From: an uncultured Bradymonadales bacterium
GTDB taxonomy: Bacteria > Myxococcota_A > Bradymonadia > Bradymonadales > Bradymonadaceae
Direction: 5' to 3'
Assembly: GCA_964384605.1 (NCBI GenBank)
Contig: CAYLMO010000010.1
Coordinates: forward strand, 1 to 24,684
Length of the DNA: 24,684 nucleotides
The translations under genes and the position numbers were made by a program. Below the pieces are notes generated by a model that saw only the letters and a program-made list of their open reading frames with translations, searched no databases and had not been told where the DNA came from. Positions 18,283 to 24,684 of this stretch are shown one piece after another; position 1 is the stretch's first letter, and every line of letters begins with the position of its first letter.

Positions 18283-19827
18283 ATGCGCGAATCACAGCCG
18301 ACACCCAAGCTCGCTCGCTGGAGCGGCGAGAGCTTCGGGGAACTAGTGCTTGGCGGGGAGCTTGGATCGGGTCCGAATGGATCCACCTACTCAACAACGT
18401 CTCCTGAAGGCGATGGGAGGCCCTATGTCGTCAAGATCGTGGAGCGCCACACGGTTGACGAAGACAATCGGATGCGCCGCTACCGCACGGATGTCGACAT
18501 CCTTCGAGAGGCCGACATCACCGGAATCCTAGAGCCCGGCGCCTTCCGAACCCTCGACAATTCGCACCTCGCCGCCATCATGGAGCGAACGGACCTGCTC
18601 AGCCTGCGGGCGTTCCGAGGTAAGTTGCCACCGCATCGCTTCATCGATGTGTTGCGGCGAATCGCGATCGTCGTCGGCGACGGCCACAACGTCGGCTGCT
18701 TCCATGGACACCTGCACGAATCGAACATCTTCATCGACCCGGTCGAAGCCCCTCCAACGATCGAAGTCAGTGGCTTTGCGCTACATCACTTGATCAACGA
18801 CGAAGTCCTGTCGCCCGGTCAGCTACTCCACGACGACATCTTCGCCCTCGGACTCATCGCGTTCCGCGAAGTCTCGGGGCGGGAGTACCGCGGCCCCGAC
18901 GACCTCCAGCACCTCATCCGCGAATCGGGCAACTTCCCCGTCCGCTTCTGCCAGGCCGTCGAACGTTGGCTCGACCCGAACCCGGCCAAACGACCGCAGA
19001 AGATGCACCAGGTCATCGGCTTGCTCGAGTACGCGCTCGCCTCCACCGACCCCGCGCAGACGTTCCCGGTGGGCGTTGCCAAAGGCCCCGCGCCGGCGGC
19101 CGCGATCATACGACCGCCCAAGACTGGCATCTCCGAGGTCTCCGAAGCGCTCGAAGACAAATCGCCCGACAACACACAGAAGGTCCAAAGCTGGCGAAGC
19201 TGCGGCGGCAAGATGCTCTGGCTCGACGACCAGGGCGTGCTGCGCCGCCGCGATTCGAAAGGAAACGACACGATCGTCGACGCCGGTGGACTCGAGGTGA
19301 ACGCCTTCGCGATTTCGCACGACGCGATCGCGTTCGTGGTCCCCGGAGGTGAGGTTCACCTCATCGAAGATTCAGGAATCCGGCGAGTCTCCCAGCTCGG
19401 GCGCGACGCGCTCGCCGTCGCTCCGTCTGCCCGGCTTCGGCGAATCGTTGCCGCGACCGTGGACGGTCGGGTCTGGTTCAAGCCCGCAGACCAGCCGCGG
19501 CCACTTCCAGTCGGTTTTCTCAATCCCGACGACGGCATCGATCTCATGTTGGTCGGCGAGCGACTCCTCGTTCGCCACGGCGAAACCGCATGGCTCGCCG
19601 ACCCGGAAAGCCCAGACGACATCGACATCGTCTTCGAGAACACCACCCGAATCGACGGCGGGTTCGACCCTCGAACATTCGTCGTCTGGTCAGGCCGCCG
19701 CTGGTCGCTCTACGACATCGACGGCAACCTCCTCGAAACCGGCCGCACCGCTCAAGGGCCCCGTCCGGGACGTATGGACGGTCCGACCTACTCGACCTAT
19801 CGAGACCTTTCGAGCGTCAGTAGCTAG
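18283..19827 (+). CDS. pseudokinase: degenerate Hanks-type kinase domain fused to a C-terminal beta-propeller-like repeat region
   Basis: AAGGG then ATG 18283. Gly-loop-like GELGSGPNGSTY and VVKIV lysine motif are retained. The catalytic loop is HGHLHESNIFID (HRD Asp replaced) and the DFG position reads SGF. C-terminal repeats look like beta-propeller blades (VDGRVWFKP, VVWSGRRWSLYDIDGNLL). Confidence 0.65.
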   Translation: MRESQPTPKLARWSGESFGELVLGGELGSGPNGSTYSTTSPEGDGRPYVVKIVERHTVDEDNRMRRYRTDVDILREADITGILEPGAFRTLDNSHLAAIMERTDLLSLRAFRGKLPPHRFIDVLRRIAIVVGDGHNVGCFHGHLHESNIFIDPVEAPPTIEVSGFALHHLINDEVLSPGQLLHDDIFALGLIAFREVSGREYRGPDDLQHLIRESGNFPVRFCQAVERWLDPNPAKRPQKMHQVIGLLEYALASTDPAQTFPVGVAKGPAPAAAIIRPPKTGISEVSEALEDKSPDNTQKVQSWRSCGGKMLWLDDQGVLRRRDSKGNDTIVDAGGLEVNAFAISHDAIAFVVPGGEVHLIEDSGIRRVSQLGRDALAVAPSARLRRIVAATVDGRVWFKPADQPRPLPVGFLNPDDGIDLMLVGERLLVRHGETAWLADPESPDDIDIVFENTTRIDGGFDPRTFVVWSGRRWSLYDIDGNLLETGRTAQGPRPGRMDGPTYSTYRDLSSVSS

Positions 19828-19914
19828 GCGGCCTCGAGCAATTTCGACATCAATTAGATCCAAACTCGAGACAGGTCGTTAGAATGATCGACAACGAACC
19901 TGCGGAGCCTTCCC

Positions 19915-20805
19915 ATGTCTGAATCGAATCGAGCCAACGTCGCCCTCTCCATCACCATCGCCGCGGTAGCTCTCCTCGCGGGCTACGTCGTGTTTGCCGC
20001 GATGGGTGACAAATCGACCACCTCAACGAAACCGCCCATCGTCGACTCGCAGAACAAGGTCCTCGATGTCGTCTTCGTCATCGACGCGACCGCGTCCATG
20101 TCCGACGAGATCGAGCAGGTGAAGGCGGAGGTCGTGTCTGTCGCCGACCAGCTCTCGGGCGAGAATCCGGGCGCGAAGATCCGCTTCGGACTCGTGCTCT
20201 ACAAAGACACCACCGACGACTTCGTGACTCGAGTCACGCCGCTCAGCTTCGACACCCAAAAGGTTCGCGGCCTGCTCGAACAGATTACGGTGAGCGGCGG
20301 TGGCGATTACCCTGAGCATGTCGGTGCGGGCCTGCACGAAGCCATCGCGTTCGATTGGGCACCCGATGCCGAACGCGTCATCTACCTCGTCGGCGACGCA
20401 CCCAGCCAAGACCACGGCGACGGCAAGACCGTGTCGACCGCGCTCCAGCTGGCCAAATCGAACGGCATCGTCGTCCGCACCCTGGGCTGCAGTGGTATCG
20501 AGCGTGATGGCGCCGCGGGTCGAAACGAGTTCCAGATGATCGCGCAGATGACCGGTGGCACGTACCGCGACCTCACCTATCACGCGGTCGTGGTCGGCGA
20601 TGACGGCCGAAAGCGTTCGGTCATCTACGAGGGCGGCGAAGCGTACGAGGCCGACCGGGTGCTCGACGCTGAAGAATGGTCGGCCGGTAGTGGCGCGCTT
20701 CGCGAGAAAGGGATGGTCAAGCCGGCCGCTGCGCCGACGCGGGCCAAGGCCGACCGCGCCGAGAAGAAGAGCAACGTCATCGAAGTCATCAAGGGCGACT
20801 TCTAA
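19915..20805 (+). CDS. membrane-anchored von Willebrand factor type A (vWA) domain protein
   Basis: GGAG 19904-19907 then ATG 19915. N-terminal TM helix LSITIAAVALLAGYVVFAAM. MIDAS motif VVFVIDATASMSD (DxTxS) with downstream ..GGGDYPE.. and LVGDAP, typical of vWA folds. Confidence 0.8.
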   Translation: MSESNRANVALSITIAAVALLAGYVVFAAMGDKSTTSTKPPIVDSQNKVLDVVFVIDATASMSDEIEQVKAEVVSVADQLSGENPGAKIRFGLVLYKDTTDDFVTRVTPLSFDTQKVRGLLEQITVSGGGDYPEHVGAGLHEAIAFDWAPDAERVIYLVGDAPSQDHGDGKTVSTALQLAKSNGIVVRTLGCSGIERDGAAGRNEFQMIAQMTGGTYRDLTYHAVVVGDDGRKRSVIYEGGEAYEADRVLDAEEWSAGSGALREKGMVKPAAAPTRAKADRAEKKSNVIEVIKGDF

Positions 20806-20823
20806 GCCACCGGTTCGAGGCGG

Positions 20824-22740
20824 TCAGCCGCGTTTCATCTGCCGTTGCAGGTCGATCACGGTGACGCCGCCCGAGCCGTCATGGCGCACGGCCATCAGCT
20901 GATTCTGGCTGCTGAAACCGAGCGCGTGCACTCCCGAGGGCGGCTCATTTCCACGCATGAACACGTTCGGTTGCACTGCCGATTCGATTCGGACCTCTTT
21001 GTCGGTCAAGAGTGCCACAAGGTAGCCGTCGCTCGAGAAAGCGACGGCTCGAACGTCTGGATCTTTCACGGTTCGAACGGCGGTCCGGGGCGTTGCGAAG
21101 TCGTAGACCGAGCAGCTCTTCCCTCGCCGCGCCATCGCGAATCGGGACCCATGCGCGTCGACCGCAAACGTCACGATCGGGCCGTCACCCGACTCGACCG
21201 CGAACCGACTCCAGTCACGATTGTCATCGCCGGTCCACAGGTATGCGCGTCCGTTGACGGTTCCCGCGACGGCCACGTTGCCCGCGTCCGACACCGCGAG
21301 CACGGTGATCGCGGAGCGCCGGACGTCTTCGTAGACGAGCGTTGGTTCCTGGTCGCGCTCGACTCGAAAGATTCGGCCGCCAGCCGTACCGATCAGAACG
21401 AACCTGTCGCAGACGGCCAGGGCGGTGACTTCGCTTGGGAGGTCCAGTTTGCGCTTGGATTTCACGCCGCTGGACAGTTCGACCAAGGCGAGTTGATGAC
21501 GTCCATCGATGTACGCGACCCACTCTTCGGAGACCGCGGTGATGAGTGAGCCTTCGAGGTGCTGCGTCACGTGCACGCGGCTCGAGTCGTCACGGTGCAA
21601 TCGCGGCGCCGGCGGCTGCTCGCCCGTTTCGGTGAAGGCGCGACCATGCAGCGTGCCGCCAGTATCTTCACCGGGGGCCGAATCCTCCATGACGACGCTC
21701 GAAACGTGCGACAGCGTCGCCTCCGAGAGGCTGTCGAGGAGCGAGATCACGTCTGACAACTGGTCCGGACGGTCTTCCGGCCGCTTCTCGAGAAGGTTCT
21801 TCAGCAAGTTCTCGAGCTCATCCGGGAACGACTCCCCGGTGACTTCGCGCAGCGACGGGGCCGGTGTCGTAACGTGATCGTCGAGGATGCGCAGCACGTT
21901 GTCGTGCACGAACGGCGGGCGGCCCGTCAGCATCTGGAAGAGTACGGCTCCAACGCTGTAGATGTCGCTGCGTTGGTCGACTTCCTTCCCCTGGGCCTGT
22001 TCGGGAGACGCGTAGAGTGGTGTGCCGATGAAGCCTCGGGTCATCTTGACGGCGCCGCGCGCCGACACGATTCCGAAGTCCAATACGTGCACGAAGTCAT
22101 CGCCGGCTGGCAGCTCCTCGACGATGATGTTGTCGGGCTTGATGTCCCGGTGCACGAGCCCTGCGCGGTGCGCTTCGAACACACCGTTCGCGATCTGCCG
22201 CGTGATCTGAATCGTTCGCCGAATAGGCAGTCGGCCGTACTGTTCCACCAGCTCGTCGAGCCGAGTGCCCTCGATGAAGTCCATGACGAACGCCATCTCG
22301 CCGGACGGCAACGAGATCACGTCGTAGAACGACACCACGTGCGGGTTACGCATGCTGCTGAGTGCCTGAACCTCACGTTCCACGCGGGCTTTCGTCTGCT
22401 CACGACGCGCGGGATCAGCGTCCATGTGGACGACCTTCATCGCGAACGAACGCGGAATCGCCATCGAATCGGCGCGATACACGGCTGAGAAAGACCCATC
22501 GCCAACGTGCCGTGTCAGTACGTAGCGATTCGAAATCGTCTTTCCGAGCCAGCGATCGGCAAAGTCCTCCAGCGGAAACCAACCGTCGGCCGGGCGCTTC
22601 TCGCCGCAGTAGAAGCAGTCGTCGTCCTCGGCGAAGGCAACCGCGGTGCAGATACCGCACGCGAAGCTGATCTCGCCGCGAATCTGTTCGCGGCGAGCCT
22701 GCTCACGCTTGTGGCGCGATGCCCGTTCCGATGTGGACAT
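20824..22740 (-). CDS. serine/threonine protein kinase with an N-terminal C4 zinc-ribbon and a C-terminal WD40-like repeat region
   Basis: ATG 22738-22740 (MSTSE..) preceded by AGGGA. An in-frame ATG at 22755 has no SD. CGICTAVAFAEDDDCFYCG zinc ribbon. Kinase motifs AMKVV, HRDIKPDNI, DFG, GTPLYASPE. C-terminal ~300 aa have WD40-like repeats (VAGTVNGRAYLWT, VAFSSDGYLVALL). Confidence 0.85.
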   Translation of the reverse strand: MSTSERASRHKREQARREQIRGEISFACGICTAVAFAEDDDCFYCGEKRPADGWFPLEDFADRWLGKTISNRYVLTRHVGDGSFSAVYRADSMAIPRSFAMKVVHMDADPARREQTKARVEREVQALSSMRNPHVVSFYDVISLPSGEMAFVMDFIEGTRLDELVEQYGRLPIRRTIQITRQIANGVFEAHRAGLVHRDIKPDNIIVEELPAGDDFVHVLDFGIVSARGAVKMTRGFIGTPLYASPEQAQGKEVDQRSDIYSVGAVLFQMLTGRPPFVHDNVLRILDDHVTTPAPSLREVTGESFPDELENLLKNLLEKRPEDRPDQLSDVISLLDSLSEATLSHVSSVVMEDSAPGEDTGGTLHGRAFTETGEQPPAPRLHRDDSSRVHVTQHLEGSLITAVSEEWVAYIDGRHQLALVELSSGVKSKRKLDLPSEVTALAVCDRFVLIGTAGGRIFRVERDQEPTLVYEDVRRSAITVLAVSDAGNVAVAGTVNGRAYLWTGDDNRDWSRFAVESGDGPIVTFAVDAHGSRFAMARRGKSCSVYDFATPRTAVRTVKDPDVRAVAFSSDGYLVALLTDKEVRIESAVQPNVFMRGNEPPSGVHALGFSSQNQLMAVRHDGSGGVTVIDLQRQMKRG

Positions 22741-22867
22741 TAGGGTCCCTGACATTCATGGAGTCAATTCTTTGACGGCAATGTACAGCGGATTTGACCA
22801 GCCGAGCAACGCCGCGTGTGCCATTTTGTATACGAATGGAATACGGCCCAACCTCGCTGGAACGCAC

Positions 22868-22904
22868 AAAAAAAGGCGCCGCCCCGATTTCTCGGAGCGG
22901 CGCG
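22868..22904 (-). terminator. rho-independent terminator of the slipin gene
   Basis: Minus-strand RNA reads GCGCCGCuccgagaaaucgggGCGGCGCC followed by UUUUUUU (plus-strand A7 at 22868-22874). It starts 14 nt after the slipin stop codon. Confidence 0.75.
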
Positions 22905-22917
22905 TTAACGCGGCGCG

Positions 22918-23991
22918 TCAGGTGTCTCGCAGAAGCCGAAGAGCACCTTCGGTGGCCACGACTTTGACCTCGCCCACGGAGCTGGCGAGCTCTTTCAGAG
23001 TCTCGAGCTCTTTGAGGCGCATGAGCGTCGGGTTCGACTCGAGCATCTTGGCCGTGTTGGCCATGCTTCGGGTCGAAGCCGTCTCTTCGCGACGCGTGAT
23101 GACGTTGGCCTCAGCTTCTTTCTGAGCCTCGATCACCCGGTTCATGAGGGCCTTCATGTCGCCCGGAAGGACCACGTCTTTGAGGTCCACCGTTCGGACC
23201 GAAAGGCCCCATTCGCCCACGACTTTCCGAACTTCCTCGGTCGTCGTGTTCGAACCCTGGTTGCGCCGCTCGAGGAGCGACTCGACCGTCTCACCGGCCA
23301 CCCATCGGCGGACAGCGAGCTGGACTTCCGAGTAGAGGCCGTTCTCGTACGAGTCGACCGTCGACACGGCTGTCTCCGGGTTCGTGACTCGGTATCGCAC
23401 CAGCACGTTCACACGCACCGACACTTTGTCCGAGGTCATGACCTCTTGGCCGACGACCTGGAGCTCACGTTCACGCATGTCGACGACGTCCACTCGTACC
23501 GAGCGCTCGTACTCCGAGACCATGTATCGACCCGGTTGGAGCTCGCGCACCAGCTCGCCGTTCACCCAGAGGAGGCCTCGAAGGTGCGGACCGATCAGGT
23601 GCGAGTAGCCGTACTTCCGGTCGAGCATGCGCCAGAACGGCTTCGGCAGGCTCAGAACGTCTTCATTGAGGTCGAAGAGTTCGGCGGTCACGCGCTTGCG
23701 CACCTGCCACAGGACCCATCGGCCAACGCCGAGGACCTCGTGAGCGACACCGTCGACTCGGACACAAGCGACGCGACCCTCAGGGACCTCGAGCAGGACG
23801 CCCTCCGAAGCGGGGAGCATCTCTTCGAGTTCTGGCGTGAGTTTCGTCGAGGCGCACGAGACGTCGAACGAGATCGTTTCGTAGTCCGCGAAGATCGACC
23901 AAAGCGTGTGATGGCCGGGGCCGAGCCACTTGTAGGGCTGGCCGTTTCGCAGAACGAGAACGCGTTCGGTTCGTTTGATTTCGAGATACAT
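22918..23991 (-). CDS. SPFH/Band 7 (slipin/stomatin-like) family protein with an N-terminal extension
   Basis: GGAGGTGA then ATG 23989-23991. Core VDMRERELQVVGQEVMTSDKVSVRVNVLVRYRV..AV..V.. matches the SPFH beta-sheet region. C-terminal coiled-coil/Ala-rich region VIEAQKEAEANVITRREETA is typical of slipins. Confidence 0.75.
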   Translation of the reverse strand: MYLEIKRTERVLVLRNGQPYKWLGPGHHTLWSIFADYETISFDVSCASTKLTPELEEMLPASEGVLLEVPEGRVACVRVDGVAHEVLGVGRWVLWQVRKRVTAELFDLNEDVLSLPKPFWRMLDRKYGYSHLIGPHLRGLLWVNGELVRELQPGRYMVSEYERSVRVDVVDMRERELQVVGQEVMTSDKVSVRVNVLVRYRVTNPETAVSTVDSYENGLYSEVQLAVRRWVAGETVESLLERRNQGSNTTTEEVRKVVGEWGLSVRTVDLKDVVLPGDMKALMNRVIEAQKEAEANVITRREETASTRSMANTAKMLESNPTLMRLKELETLKELASSVGEVKVVATEGALRLLRDT

Positions 23992-24311
23992 GATTCACCT
24001 CCTCGTCGCGCCACGCGACGGGTGCTGCATTGAAAAAAACTCGGAACCGGCCAACCCACCTTGTCAGCGAGATCTGCGGGGGCGCTGCGGCCGGGAGACG
24101 TGTCGACTTCTCACGTCACTCGAAGGCACAACCGCGCGTGTGCTCCCCCCAAGGCGCACACGGCACGGCGCAATGCCCACAGGGCATCTCTCGCCTGGAC
24201 TCGCCTCGGCACCGTTGGTGCTTTGGTTCGTCCGGGTGGGCCAACCGGCCCCTCTTAGGTCACCGTAATGAGTGGTGGTCTCATCCGATTTTGTTCGGAC
24301 GAAGTTTACCG

Positions 24312-24354
24312 ACGGATTGACAGTCCGTTGCCTTTACCATTTGGCTACATTCCC
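24312..24354 (-). tRNA. 5' two-thirds of tRNA-Asp(GTC): acceptor GGGAATG, U8, D-arm, anticodon stem ACGGA / loop CUGUCAA / UCCGU. It lies 6 nt downstream of the 3' fragment, so the gene order is permuted.
   Basis: Minus strand gggaatg-ta-gcc-aaatggtaaa-ggc-a-acgga-ctgtcaa-tccgt. Perfect 5-bp anticodon stem, U33, GUC, A37. The acceptor 5' strand GGGAATG pairs with CATTTCC of the upstream 3' fragment (6 Watson-Crick pairs plus G3.U70). No T-arm follows it. Confidence 0.55.
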
Positions 24355-24360
24355 AATGCT

Positions 24361-24388
24361 TGGTGGAAATGATGGGATTCGAACCCAC
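24361..24388 (-). tRNA. 3' third of a tRNA (T-stem GTGGG, T-loop TTCGAAT, T-stem CCCAT, acceptor 3' strand CATTTCC, discriminator A, CCA), not preceded by an anticodon arm
   Basis: Plus-strand tggtggaaatgatgggattcgaacccac is the reverse complement of a canonical T-arm-acceptor-CCA. The 68 nt upstream on the minus strand contain GGAAGTG (24450-24456), which could pair with the acceptor. No anticodon or D stem was found in any 5-bp/7-nt-loop register. Confidence 0.55.
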
Positions 24389-24640
24389 ATTGGTGACGGC
24401 CGAGGCGATACGTGGGACACACGCTCCAGACTAGACGGGGATTGTGCGCCACTTCCTTACCGGCCGACTTCTCCTATCGCGAGACCCGTGCCAACTTTTG
24501 CGAGGGTGTCGCAAGTTGTTGAAAATAATGGGTTTTGCTGGCTGTCGGGTGGCGTGTCTCACGACGCTTCTGTATCGGATGAGATAGCTTCTATCGGCCG
24601 CGATAAGAATCCTTTTCGCCATTCAGGCACCAAACGCCGA

Positions 24641-24684
24641 ACGAGCATCCAGCAACCAGTAACGAGCAACCAGTAACGAGCAAC
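24641..24684. repeat. 14-bp tandem repeat (cagtaacgagcaac) with 2 perfect copies and a degenerate leading copy, cut off by the window end
   Basis: 24657-24670 and 24671-24684 are identical. 24641-24656 is a diverged copy (aacgagcatccagcaac). The unit length is not a multiple of 3. Confidence 0.6.

Noticed and set aside
24361-24456. Reading the 96-nt segment GGAAGTG...CCA as a long-variable-arm tRNA (Ser/Leu/Sec)
   Set aside because: No 5-bp/7-nt-loop anticodon stem and no D stem fold in any register. Only the acceptor and T-arm are canonical. Some positional similarity to selC (GGAAG..., CTGGA at 28-32) exists, but there is no UCA loop.
24361-24684. tmRNA (ssrA) hypothesis for the T-arm/ACCA element
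   Set aside because: The candidate acceptor gives A3-U70, not the G3.U70 alanine identity pair. No ANDxxxALAA-type tag frame is present in the 230 nt upstream. The matching 5' acceptor, D-arm and Asp anticodon arm lie immediately downstream instead.
1-24684. CRISPR arrays, IS elements and integrase genes
   Set aside because: No spaced direct repeats, terminal inverted repeats flanking a transposase, or integrase-like ORFs were seen. The only tandem repeat is the 14-bp unit at the window end.

Overview
High-GC (~65%) bacterial chromosomal window. MYXO-CTERM-type and Myxococcus-type Cys-rich-repeat proteins point to Myxococcota/Bradymonadota. Coding is dense on both strands: (i) a minus-strand operon of 4-5 genes with overlapping stop/start codons encoding secreted or lipoprotein hydrolases (duplicated-domain lipoprotein, archaemetzincin-like M54 peptidase, App1/DUF2183-like phosphatase, alpha/beta-hydrolase); (ii) a 1228-aa surface lipoprotein built from IPT/TIG domains plus a Kelch beta-propeller, translationally coupled to an outer-membrane beta-barrel; (iii) a Cys-rich repeat protein with a MYXO-CTERM sorting signal and a candidate sigma-54 promoter; (iv) a convergent pair of half-size ABC exporter genes; (v) a signalling cluster of an STPK, M20 peptidase, FlgM-like anti-sigma protein, pseudokinase, vWA protein, zinc-ribbon STPK with a WD40-like repeat domain, and an SPFH/slipin protein; (vi) a lower-GC tail (23992-24684) that holds the most unusual signal. 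That signal is a tRNA-Asp(GTC) whose 3' third (T-arm, acceptor, CCA) lies directly upstream of its 5' two-thirds (acceptor, D-arm, anticodon arm) on the minus strand. This is either a circularly permuted tRNA gene or a rearrangement scar. A 14-bp tandem repeat is cut off by the window end. Many long antisense ORFs in the track are Arg/Ser/Pro-rich GC artefacts and are not called.
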